Positions 44,136 through 53,404 of a stretch of DNA of 64,000 nucleotides are shown here, piece by piece. The DNA lies in the NCBI GenBank assembly GCA_003280985.1, contig QCDH01000003.1:9591-73590 (forward strand), read 5' to 3'. The number at the start of each line of letters is the position of its first letter. Position 1 is the stretch's first letter. A model generated the notes under the pieces. It was not told the origin of the DNA, ran no database searches, and saw only the letters and a list, made by a program, of their open reading frames with translations. Made by a program: the position numbers and the translations under genes. Source of the stretch: Prochlorococcus sp. AG-355-A18. GTDB taxonomy: Bacteria > Cyanobacteriota > Cyanobacteriia > PCC-6307 > Cyanobiaceae.

Positions 44136-45146
44136 TTGAATATTCCTGAAAATTCTAATACAAAAAGAATTTCAATTGATTTACCTGAGGAACTAATTTC
44201 CAGGTTTGATCAATTACGAAAAGAGTGGGGACTTAGAGCAAGAGGACCTGTATTAGAAAAGATACTTAAAGAACTTCTTCAAGAAGATGATTTACTACCT
44301 AAGAACCAACAGCAAGAAATAGACTTTAACGATAAGAATAATAATGAAAATTTAAATATTGATGAAGATACTGCATTGGTATTAATTAAATCAGACGTAA
44401 AAAAAGAAGTTAATGAGGTATCTTTAAATAAAAGATCTACAAATAACAATCAATATAAAGAAAAAGCCAACTCAAATATAAGCCTTCCCAATTTCGTTGA
44501 AAAAAAAGTAAAGAATCTAAGAAGAAGTATTAATAGTGAAAAATTAAAAGAGAATATTAATGATATTCAAATTAATACAATCAAAGAAACTGAATTAATA
44601 AAATGTCGAATTGAGTTAATTAGTCATTGGAAAACCTTATATGGATCAGTTCCTAATGACCATGTAGTAGAAGCTTCAATGGATTGGTTTGAAAGGGATA
44701 TATGGCCAAATCTTGATGGAACTGAAAATCTACCCTTTACTTGGAGCGCAGCCAATAAATTAATGTCAGAATTATGCCCATTTTGGATAAAGAAAAATCC
44801 ATCTCTTGAAATTGTTTTATTGATGATTGGCGTTTTAGAAGACCCTTTTGCTACATCAGATCTGATAAATAGAATACCAACACTTATGAGAAGGTTTGTA
44901 AGTAGATTTAAGCGAAATAATAGATCAAATTCATTTGAAACATTGGACTCAACAATGACAGTACATGGAGCACTTAAATTATTGAATTTATCAACATCAG
45001 CAGGATCAGCTCATACATTCCGTAAAATTAGGGAGGCCTATAAATCAATAGCCTTAGAGAAACATCCAGATGCTGGAGGATCAACAGATCAAATGAGAAA
45101 ATTAAATGAAGCGTATCAATTGCTAAAAAATCTATATAGAGACTAG
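44136..45146 (+). CDS. RHH (CopG/NikR-like) DNA-binding domain fused to C-terminal J-domain
   Basis: N-term KRISIDLPEELISRFDQLRKEWG...VLEKILKELL; C-term IREAYKSIALEKHPDAGG...MRKLNEAYQLL. Confidence 0.82.
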   Translation: MNIPENSNTKRISIDLPEELISRFDQLRKEWGLRARGPVLEKILKELLQEDDLLPKNQQQEIDFNDKNNNENLNIDEDTALVLIKSDVKKEVNEVSLNKRSTNNNQYKEKANSNISLPNFVEKKVKNLRRSINSEKLKENINDIQINTIKETELIKCRIELISHWKTLYGSVPNDHVVEASMDWFERDIWPNLDGTENLPFTWSAANKLMSELCPFWIKKNPSLEIVLLMIGVLEDPFATSDLINRIPTLMRRFVSRFKRNNRSNSFETLDSTMTVHGALKLLNLSTSAGSAHTFRKIREAYKSIALEKHPDAGGSTDQMRKLNEAYQLLKNLYRD

Positions 45147-45154
45147 TATGGTAA

Positions 45155-45205
45155 TTCTCATATGAGACTAATTATAAGTCTTAATAATAGTCTTATATAA
45201 GATAG
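45155..45205 (+). repeat. 51-bp element, copy 1
   Basis: TTCTCATATGAGACTAATTATAAGTCTTAATAATAGTCTTATATAAGATAG; perfect palindromes at 45156-45167 and 45191-45202. Confidence 0.9.
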
Positions 45206-45328
45206 CTGCTAAGTTTAAAATTTTTAATATTAATCAATTATTTTTTACAAATTCAAGAAAACAAAAATTATTTATAAATCAAATTAAAAAAATATACTTT
45301 TAAAAATAGAAATTTCTTTGTATAGCAC

Positions 45329-45379
45329 TTCTTAAATGAGACTTATTATTGGTCTATCATATAGTCTCAAAATAGATAA
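45329..45379 (+). repeat. 51-bp element, copy 2 (direct, degenerate)
   Basis: TTCTTAAATGAGACTTATTATTGGTCTATCATATAGTCTCAAAATAGATAA; 36/51 identical to copy 1 without gaps (hand alignment). Confidence 0.72.
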
Positions 45380-45564
45380 TAAAGATAAACAAATTAATCG
45401 ATTTGAATGAATCATACCCAAACTGCTTAATGCCTTGGAAAAAATTAAGAATTGAATAATAAATCAATAAATTATGTCCTTTAAATGTCCAGAAAATTAA
45501 TCATGGCTAGAAAGTATTGCTATAAGGACTTTTTGTATACATCCGTGCTGCCTTAAAGACAGTA

Positions 45565-45825
45565 CTACTTAGATTGAAGCTTTTCAATAGCAGTTTGTTT
45601 ATCAATACTAGGGACATCACTAAGACCGTTAGCATCAAACCAAGGGGCGCTAGCCCAATCAAATCCTTCCCCAAAAGTATTATCTGGTGCAGCTATATAC
45701 CAATGGCATGAAGCATCTGGTATGTCAACAGCACATTTTGACCAATCATCTGACCACTGAGGGACCTGTACCCACAACACTGAAGATAGAAGTAGAGATA
45801 ATAAATTGATCATGAGCTTTATCAT
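45565..45825 (-). CDS. Small Trp-rich, probably secreted hypothetical protein
   Basis: Hydrophobic N-terminus, WVQVPQWSDDWSKCAVDIPDASCHWY; start may be 45813. Confidence 0.8.
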   Translation of the reverse strand: MIKLMINLLSLLLSSVLWVQVPQWSDDWSKCAVDIPDASCHWYIAAPDNTFGEGFDWASAPWFDANGLSDVPSIDKQTAIEKLQSK

Positions 45826-45856
45826 ACAACATTAATTAGTTTTATAGGATTATTAT

Positions 45857-45907
45857 CTATCTTATATAAGAATTATAAAAAGACTAGTATATAGTCTCAT
45901 ATGAGAA
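45857..45907 (-). repeat. 51-bp element, copy 3 (inverted)
   Basis: Reverse complement TTCTCATATGAGACTATATACTAGTCTTTTTATAATTCTTATATAAGATAG; 42/51 identical to copy 1, with first 16 and last 14 bp exact. Confidence 0.9.
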
Positions 45908-45918
45908 CAGCAATACAG

Positions 45919-48363
45919 TTAATTCCTCAATTTAGTATTAAAATATTTTTCAACATTAGAAATGATATTTGAATGAATTGATGTAATGTCCGAGTCCAAT
46001 AATGTTTTATCTTTATCTCGATAAGATAATCTAAATGTATAACTTATATGATCTTCTCCAAATTTAGCATCTTCAAAAACATCAAGTAAATTTACATCCT
46101 CCAAGAGATTTTTTCCTGTTTTTCTTATCTGTGACGTTATTTCGCTAATCAAAAATTTCTTACTGAAAACAAAATTTATATCCCTTTCCATTTTCGGAAC
46201 AATTGGATATTGCTTATATATTGGAATCCATTTATTTTTTCTTGTACTAGCTCCCAAGAGTTTAGATACATTTATGTTAAATAAATAAACTTTTTTTAAT
46301 GACTTCTTTTCTAGTATTAGTTTTGGATGTATTTCACCAAAATAACCTGCATCCTTGCCTTCAATAACTAATTTCGCTGTTCTTCCTGGATGAAGAAAAT
46401 CAATTGAATCAGTAGGTTTATCCTCAATTTTTATGTTCAATGATGATAAAGCTTCCTTTAACTTTCCTCTGGCCTGGTAATAATTAAGATCGTTATCCTT
46501 ACCAGAATTTATCCATTGTCCAAATTTTCTATTTCCATAAATTGCACCATTCAGAACTTCTTCTTGAATGAACTCAGATTTCTTTTGAAAAACATTTCCA
46601 ATTTCAAATATATAACAACTTGCTTGTCCAGCTTTTATATTACGGTTCACTATCTCTAAATGTTCTTTCCAGATATTATCTCTAAGACAGCTTGTTTCTA
46701 ATAACAAAGGATTGGAAATCTTTATAAGTTTTTCATTATCTTCGGGAACAAGAGAGTAACTTAGTACCTCGTTAAAACCATTTTCTACAAAACCATTTTT
46801 TACTTTTCTCAATGCCAACTGTTCTGATGACAATTTTCCAGGCTTAATTGGATTAGGAAGTTTTAAGTCAAATCTGTCATACCCTATTAATCTCGCTATT
46901 TCTTCAATTAAATCTATTTCTCTTATTAAATCATGTGATCTATTAGGAATTACTGCTACATCCCAGCCATATTCTTTATTCTTTAATGTACAACCTATGA
47001 GTGTTAATTTATCAACTATTTCATTATCAGATAAATTTCTTTTTTCTAATTGATCGTTAATTATTAATGGACCAAGAATTTTATGTATTCGATTTCTCCG
47101 GAGTTGAATAAATATATCCTCATTACTTATTAAATTGGAAGTATTGATGATTGGTGAATTAATAGAAAAATATTCTTCTAAAAGATTAATTGCCCTTGTT
47201 ACCGCACTTATTGTATTTTTTGATGAGATCCCTTTTTCATACCTGCTACTAGATTCTGTTCTTATGCCAACCTCTTTTGAAGATTTTCTTATAGTAACTG
47301 GATTAAAAACAGCGCCTTCAAGGTAAATAGATGAGGTAGTATTAGTTACAGAAGTTTCTAAACCTCCTATCACCCCAGCAATAGCTACCGGTTTATCACA
47401 ACAAGTAATAACTGTGATGTCTTCATTTAATTCATATTCTTTACCATCTAAGCAAATAAGGCTTTCGCTCACGTGGCCCTTTCTTACAGAGAAATCTTCT
47501 GGAGAAACCTCCTTACCAATTAAGTTTGACAGTTTATCTTTATCAAACGCATGCAAAGGTTGACCTTGTTCTAAAAGAATATAATTTGTCAAATCAACTA
47601 GAAGATTAATAGATTTTATACCTGATTTCTCTATACGGTCCTTAAGCCAATTTGGCGATAATTTCTTTCCATTTACTCCATCAATGCAGCTTATTGTATA
47701 AATGCAATTAGATTCTATAGCCTCTGGACAAAGTTTTATTCCCTTAAGTAAATGTATATTGTATTTATGGTTTAATTCTGGAAAATTTAAGGTTGTTTCT
47801 AAAAGGGCAGAAATTTCACGGGCTATACCTATAACAGACATTCCGTCAGGTCTATTAGCTGTAATGGCTAAATCATATATATAATCATTTAATTGAAGCA
47901 AGTCAGACCCTGGAGTGCCCAATTCATATTTGAAGGCTAAATCTTCATCAATGACCTCTATCCCCTCACTAGAGTCCTCTAAACCCAATTCCTGCAATGA
48001 ACATATCATTCCTTCACTAATGACACCTCTAATTTCATTTCTTTTAATAGTTAAATCAACTGCATTTAATTTCGCGCCGACAGTAGCAACATAAACATAA
48101 ATATTTGGTTTAATATTGCGCGCACCACAGATAATTTGTAAATTCTTTGAATTACCAATATCGACTTGGCAAATTGAAAGCTTGTCAGATCCTTCGTGTT
48201 TTAAAACAGATAATACCTTACCTAAAACAACACCATTTACATTTTCTGAACAATCTTCTAATGATTCAACCTCAAATCCACCAATAGACAATTTCTCAGA
48301 GAGATCTTCAGGAGTAGAAGTAATTTCTACTAAATTTTTCAACCAATTTTGAGAAACTTTCAT
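45919..48363 (-). CDS. pheT: Phenylalanine-tRNA ligase beta subunit
   Basis: ICGARN, SEGMICS, ITANRPD, DLIEEIAR, FDX-ACB C-terminus. Confidence 0.98.
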   Translation of the reverse strand: MKVSQNWLKNLVEITSTPEDLSEKLSIGGFEVESLEDCSENVNGVVLGKVLSVLKHEGSDKLSICQVDIGNSKNLQIICGARNIKPNIYVYVATVGAKLNAVDLTIKRNEIRGVISEGMICSLQELGLEDSSEGIEVIDEDLAFKYELGTPGSDLLQLNDYIYDLAITANRPDGMSVIGIAREISALLETTLNFPELNHKYNIHLLKGIKLCPEAIESNCIYTISCIDGVNGKKLSPNWLKDRIEKSGIKSINLLVDLTNYILLEQGQPLHAFDKDKLSNLIGKEVSPEDFSVRKGHVSESLICLDGKEYELNEDITVITCCDKPVAIAGVIGGLETSVTNTTSSIYLEGAVFNPVTIRKSSKEVGIRTESSSRYEKGISSKNTISAVTRAINLLEEYFSINSPIINTSNLISNEDIFIQLRRNRIHKILGPLIINDQLEKRNLSDNEIVDKLTLIGCTLKNKEYGWDVAVIPNRSHDLIREIDLIEEIARLIGYDRFDLKLPNPIKPGKLSSEQLALRKVKNGFVENGFNEVLSYSLVPEDNEKLIKISNPLLLETSCLRDNIWKEHLEIVNRNIKAGQASCYIFEIGNVFQKKSEFIQEEVLNGAIYGNRKFGQWINSGKDNDLNYYQARGKLKEALSSLNIKIEDKPTDSIDFLHPGRTAKLVIEGKDAGYFGEIHPKLILEKKSLKKVYLFNINVSKLLGASTRKNKWIPIYKQYPIVPKMERDINFVFSKKFLISEITSQIRKTGKNLLEDVNLLDVFEDAKFGEDHISYTFRLSYRDKDKTLLDSDITSIHSNIISNVEKYFNTKLRN

Positions 48364-48464
48364 ATATGTTTTTTATTCAATGATGATAAAAGAAATGAGT
48401 ATATCTTCAAAAAAGTTTGTTGAAGATGTACAATAGAAAATTATACAATAAAGTATTAATTAAA

Positions 48465-48659
48465 ATGGCCAAAAAAGGGACAAGAGTTGTAGTTACCCTT
48501 GAATGTACTGAAGCTAGGACAAGCACAGATCCTAAGAGATCAAATGGTGTCTCAAGATATACTACTGAAAAGAACCGCAGAAATACAACTGAAAGATTAG
48601 AACTAAAAAAGTTTAATCCACATTTAAACAGAATGACAATTCACAAAGAAATTAAGTAA
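48465..48659 (+). CDS. rpmG: 50S ribosomal protein L33
   Basis: [14 protein letters not shown]...RLELKKFNP...HKEIK; ATG at 48465. Confidence 0.97.
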   Translation: MAKKGTRVVVTLECTEARTSTDPKRSNGVSRYTTEKNRRNTTERLELKKFNPHLNRMTIHKEIK

Positions 48660-48676
48660 TCCAATCAATTTAAATC

Positions 48677-48898
48677 ATGCCTAATTCAATTTTTAAAAAA
48701 CAATTATCACCTATCAAACCTGGAGATCCAATTGACTATAAGGATGTCGAACTACTAAAAAAATTTATAACCGAGAGGGGCAAAATCCTACCAAGAAGAA
48801 TGACAGGTTTAACCTCTAAGCAACAAAGAGATCTTACATTAGCTGTAAAGAGAGCCAGAATTGTAGCTCTTTTACCCTTCGTAAATCCTGAAGGATAA
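48677..48898 (+). CDS. rpsR: 30S ribosomal protein S18
   Basis: IDYKDV...ERGKILPRR...AVKRAR...LLPF. Confidence 0.98.
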   Translation: MPNSIFKKQLSPIKPGDPIDYKDVELLKKFITERGKILPRRMTGLTSKQQRDLTLAVKRARIVALLPFVNPEG

Positions 48899-48943
48899 TT
48901 TAATATTGAATATAGTTCGTACTATAATTAATATCTCAAATAT

Positions 48944-50128
48944 TTGAAAGATTTAACTAATTTAAAAACATATATTATTGACTCTGATGATCCACATGAG
49001 GTAGATGACGCTATTTCATTAGAAATAAAAGAAGGAAATAAAAAAAATTTATGGATACATATTAGTAATCCATGCAAACTCATTTTGCATGACTCTAATA
49101 TTGATTTAAATGCAAGAAAGAGAAATAGCAGTTTATATTTAATTGATCAATATGTCCCAATGCTACCTAAAGATATTCTTGAAAAGGCAAATCTAGCTCA
49201 AAATAAAGTTTCAGAAACTATTAGTGCAGCAATAGAATTCAATGACGATGGATCAATAAATAAATATGAATTAACTGAAGCAATAATAAAACCAAAATAT
49301 CAATTAACATATGAAGATGCAAATGAAATATTAGAATTAGAACCCAAAGAAGAAATAGAATTAATTGAGATTAAAAATTTATTAGAAAAAAGTATTACAT
49401 TCAGGAGGAAACAAGGAGCAATTATTTTTGATAGTCCTAATAGTAAAATTAAATTATATAAGGATAAGATTATACTAACTAAATTAGAGAAAACAATATC
49501 ACAGATTATAATTGCAGAATCAATGATATTAATGGGTTATGTAACAAGTTTATTTATAGATAAATATAATTTAGCGGCTGCATTTAGGATTCAAAAATTA
49601 AACTGCAATCCATCTGAAATACTTAATAGATACAAAGATAGTGATATTAAATATATAATATTGAAACAATATATGGGAAGAAGTTATATAACTACTAAAC
49701 CTGGTATCCATGAATCATTAGGTCTTAAAATGTATGTACAATGTACATCACCACTAAGAAGATATCTTGATTTAATTATACAAAGGCAAGTCTATAATAA
49801 AATTAATAATTACGAAGGTCTAAGTCATGATTCAGTCTCTAAGATTATTGATTACTCAAAGAATAGACAATTAGAGAATAATAATATATTTAAAAATGAT
49901 AAATTCAAGTATTTAATATTATTTTTTAAGAATGAAAAAAAACCTTTTTATAAAATAATATTCGTTAAGTGGATTAATCATAAAAAAAATATTGCTTTGG
50001 TTTATTTCCCAGATTATTCACTAGAAATACTTATTACACTTTTTGTATCAATAGATTTATATAGTAATAAAATATATAAAGTTAAATATATTGTTAATGA
50101 TAGTAAACTTTTAGAGTTTATTTATTAA
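48944..50128 (+). CDS. RNB-domain (RNase II/R family) exoribonuclease, short form
   Basis: IDSDDPHEVDDAIS, HESLGL, TSPLRRYLDL. Confidence 0.88.
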   Translation: MKDLTNLKTYIIDSDDPHEVDDAISLEIKEGNKKNLWIHISNPCKLILHDSNIDLNARKRNSSLYLIDQYVPMLPKDILEKANLAQNKVSETISAAIEFNDDGSINKYELTEAIIKPKYQLTYEDANEILELEPKEEIELIEIKNLLEKSITFRRKQGAIIFDSPNSKIKLYKDKIILTKLEKTISQIIIAESMILMGYVTSLFIDKYNLAAAFRIQKLNCNPSEILNRYKDSDIKYIILKQYMGRSYITTKPGIHESLGLKMYVQCTSPLRRYLDLIIQRQVYNKINNYEGLSHDSVSKIIDYSKNRQLENNNIFKNDKFKYLILFFKNEKKPFYKIIFVKWINHKKNIALVYFPDYSLEILITLFVSIDLYSNKIYKVKYIVNDSKLLEFIY

Positions 50129-50196
50129 TAAGATAATAAATATAATAGGTTGTTATTAGTTTAAAAAATATCTGTTAGTATTAATAAAAAAGCTTT

Positions 50197-51732
50197 ATGA
50201 CTTTTGTCATTACTACACCTTTATACTATGTTAATGATAAACCTCATTTAGGAAGTGTATATACAACAATAATTTGTGACTCAATAGCTAGGTATAAACG
50301 GCTTGCAGGTGAAGATGTTATTTTCATCACTGGTGTTGATGAACATGGTTTAAAAATACAAAGAACCGCTAATGAAAAGGGCATTGAACCAAAATCACAT
50401 TGTGATGAAATCTCAGAAGTTTTTAAAAATAATTGGAAAAATTGGAATATATCATTTGATAAATTTATAAGAACAAGCTCAAAAAATCATGAATTTGTTG
50501 TTAATGAATTTTATGAAAGAGTGAAAGCATCAGATGATATCTATATGGGAGTTCAAAAAGGTTGGTATTGCGTCGGTTGTGAAGAATTTAAAGATAATCC
50601 AGAAAACTCACCAACATACAAGTGTCCCATACATCAAAAAAATCTAGAATGGAAAAATGAAGAGAATCTCTTTTTTAGGCTCTCAAAATATCAAAAAGAA
50701 ATTGAAAAAATAATAAACGCACCTTCTTTTATAGAGCCAATAGAAAGAAAGAATGAAATTATAAATTTTGTATCAAGAGGTTTAAAGGATTTTTCAATTT
50801 CAAGAACTAATGTCACATGGGGAATTCCGGTCCCTGACCATGCTAACCATACCTTTTATGTATGGTTTGATGCTTTACTTGGATATGTAAGCGCCATTAG
50901 TTCTGATGCGACAGAACCTTCATTGCAAAAATCCATTAATGGAGGGTGGCCAGCTGATGTTCATTTTATTGGTAAAGATATTCTGAGATTCCATGCTGTA
51001 TATTGGCCCGCAATGCTCATTTCTGCCAGTATGAAAGTTCCTAAAAAGGTTTTTGGGCATGGATTTCTTACAAGAGAGGGACAAAAAATGGGTAAAAGCT
51101 TAGGCAATGTACTCGACCCTGATTTATTGCTTTCAAAATATGGAAATGATCCTGTGAGGTGGTTTCTCATTAAAGACATATCACTTGGAAATGATGGAGA
51201 TTTTCAAGATAAAAGATTTGTTGACATTATCAATAATGACTTAGCTAACACAATTGGCAATTTATTAAATAGAACATCATCTATGTCTAGAAAATGGTTT
51301 GATAATAAAGTGCCAAATAATGAAAAAATTTTAAGTGAAAAAAAATTAGAGAATTCTGCCAAAATTGCAGTTGAGAACTATATTCATAACTTTGATAATT
51401 TCAAATTAGATCTAGCAGCTAATGAAGTACTTAGCCTGGCAATTAATACAAATTTGTATTTGAATGATAATCAGCCATGGCTGTTAATAAAAGAGAAAAA
51501 TAATCTAACTCAAGTTAAAGAAATTATTTATAACGTTTTAGAAAGTACCCGAATAATAGGATTATTATTACTTCCTTTATTGCCCGACTTATCTGCAAAA
51601 ATTAATGAGCAACTTGGTTCTATATATAGAGAAGAAATTCCATGGAAACAACAATTAAGTTGGGGATTATTAGTTAGCAACTCAAATCTACCTCAACCTA
51701 CCCCAATTATAAATAAACTGGAGTATGAGTAA
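50197..51732 (+). CDS. metG: Methionine-tRNA ligase
   Basis: TTPLYYVN..PHLG, YVWFDAL, GKDILRFH, KMGKS. Confidence 0.98.
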   Translation: MTFVITTPLYYVNDKPHLGSVYTTIICDSIARYKRLAGEDVIFITGVDEHGLKIQRTANEKGIEPKSHCDEISEVFKNNWKNWNISFDKFIRTSSKNHEFVVNEFYERVKASDDIYMGVQKGWYCVGCEEFKDNPENSPTYKCPIHQKNLEWKNEENLFFRLSKYQKEIEKIINAPSFIEPIERKNEIINFVSRGLKDFSISRTNVTWGIPVPDHANHTFYVWFDALLGYVSAISSDATEPSLQKSINGGWPADVHFIGKDILRFHAVYWPAMLISASMKVPKKVFGHGFLTREGQKMGKSLGNVLDPDLLLSKYGNDPVRWFLIKDISLGNDGDFQDKRFVDIINNDLANTIGNLLNRTSSMSRKWFDNKVPNNEKILSEKKLENSAKIAVENYIHNFDNFKLDLAANEVLSLAINTNLYLNDNQPWLLIKEKNNLTQVKEIIYNVLESTRIIGLLLLPLLPDLSAKINEQLGSIYREEIPWKQQLSWGLLVSNSNLPQPTPIINKLEYE

Positions 51733-52348
51733 CATTTATAGATTAATAATTTCCCTTCCATTCTTTATACTTGGTTGCACCCCTAAACTAATTGAAGAAA
51801 ATAAATTAGTACAAAAAATTAACAGTTTAGATATGGATATTTACTCTAGAAATGGAGATAAAATATACTCTATCAAAAGTCCAGATTCAAGTTATAACAA
51901 TAGTAAATTAAAATTTGATTTTAAAAAACCTACAATAAATATTTTCAAAGAGGAAGAAACTAAATATATAATTATTTCAGAAGAATCTACACTATCAGAC
52001 AACAATAAACTTCTTATAATGAAAGGAAATGTTAAATTAAAAACTCTTAATCAAGATGAGGATATTTTATATTCTGATTATTTTGTTTGGAATATAGAAG
52101 AGACTAAATATCTATTAGAAGGAAATATAAGATTTGAAAATAAAAATATCATCTTAAACTCATCAAAAGCAACAATGGGCTCAGATAACATCATTGAATT
52201 TTTTAATCCAGTAAAATACATAATAAAGGATGAAAATAAAGATAATAGATACGAAACAAATTCAGAAAATGCCTATTACAATCTAGAAACTGAAACCGTA
52301 AGATTTAAAGCAAAAGATAAAAGAGTTAAATCAATAATTTATTTTTAA
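51725..52348 (+). CDS. LptC-like LPS export lipoprotein
   Basis: Lipobox ILGC, beta-jellyroll-like GNVKL/GNIRF repeats. Confidence 0.65.
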   Translation: MSNIYRLIISLPFFILGCTPKLIEENKLVQKINSLDMDIYSRNGDKIYSIKSPDSSYNNSKLKFDFKKPTINIFKEEETKYIIISEESTLSDNNKLLIMKGNVKLKTLNQDEDILYSDYFVWNIEETKYLLEGNIRFENKNIILNSSKATMGSDNIIEFFNPVKYIIKDENKDNRYETNSENAYYNLETETVRFKAKDKRVKSIIYF

Positions 52349-52971
52349 ATTTTATTTTTTGAAAAAATATTATTAATTTTTTTGGACCAGTTATTAATCC
52401 ATTTTTCATCAGATTTCGTAAAACACTTAGGACTCCAACCTCCTATTAATATAAAAGCCTTTTTATTTATAGGAACAACTAAGATAGATGGGATTTCGGC
52501 ACAAAAATTAAAAAATTCATCTCTTCCAGGATAAAATTTAGTGTTTGCCAATGATATTAATTTCATATCTTTTATAGATCTCAGACAAGTTTCTCCAGGT
52601 TTAAAATCATTACTTGAAGTGATTCCCCTTCTCAATATATTAACGCCATCATTGTGGATTAATATTGCAGCTGCCGCTGTAGAAGTTAAAATCGCCTCAG
52701 AACCCCATGCCAGTTCATCAATAACTTCATCCGGCATGTTTCTATCGAAGAGAAACTTATTTTCTCCTTTTAAAGAAGCTTTATCACCGGCTAATGGTTC
52801 GAATTGTTTAAATAAAAAACCTATCAAAACAATAATTAATGAAGCTATTGCTGCTAACACTTGTGCTCTTTCAAGCTCAGGAGTAATTATTTCTATTGAA
52901 ATGAAATTTGCTATCTGAAAAATAAAAAGTAATGCACCGACTAATATTAATGATTTTCCATTGAATCCCAT
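52345..52971 (-). CDS. CCB2-like cofactor assembly of complex C subunit B
   Basis: Two N-terminal TM helices, ELAWGSEAIL, YPGRDEF, GAF-like C-terminus. Confidence 0.8.
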   Translation of the reverse strand: MGFNGKSLILVGALLFIFQIANFISIEIITPELERAQVLAAIASLIIVLIGFLFKQFEPLAGDKASLKGENKFLFDRNMPDEVIDELAWGSEAILTSTAAAAILIHNDGVNILRRGITSSNDFKPGETCLRSIKDMKLISLANTKFYPGRDEFFNFCAEIPSILVVPINKKAFILIGGWSPKCFTKSDEKWINNWSKKINNIFSKNKI

Positions 52972-53082
52972 ATTTTAAATATGTTATTGCTAATTAAATT
53001 ATGCAAATATTATATTGTTTAGTACATTTAAAAATACTCAAACATATTGTTTTTAATATATAATTAACCAAAACCTCTTAAT

Positions 53083-53394
53083 ATGAACCTACAAATCAAT
53101 AAATATATACTTTCTCTTATCTTTACTGGCTTAATTTTTATTCTTATCCCGTCGACTACATTTGCAAATGAAATTATTAGCATAAATAAATATTTTGGTA
53201 TTACTCAACAGAAGACTGTTATAAATTACGAAAAAAGTCAGCCTTCATCTATTGACAACCCTGTAGTGGACCCAAATTTTAACACTATGAGATCAAAAGA
53301 TACTGAGAGTTCAACTGCTACATATATAGTTATAGGTTTGTTAATTGCTGCCACAATTATTCCTCTAGCAACATGGTGGTATTTCTCTAAATAA
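53083..53394 (+). CDS. Hypothetical protein, signal peptide plus C-terminal TM anchor
   Basis: TFA|NE cleavage-like site; YIVIGLLIAATIIPLATWWYF. Confidence 0.75.
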   Translation: MNLQINKYILSLIFTGLIFILIPSTTFANEIISINKYFGITQQKTVINYEKSQPSSIDNPVVDPNFNTMRSKDTESSTATYIVIGLLIAATIIPLATWWYFSK

Positions 53395-53404
53395 TAGAGA
53401 ATTT

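Noticed and set aside
45505-45535. Weak inverted repeat AAAGT-N12-ACTTT and nearby ATGTCC direct repeat in the same gap
   Set aside because: Too short to distinguish from chance without comparative data
45155-45907. Repeats read as a CRISPR array or an E. coli-type dif site
   Set aside because: Spacing is irregular, orientation is mixed, no cas genes are present, and no XerD-arm TTATGTTAAAT match was seen
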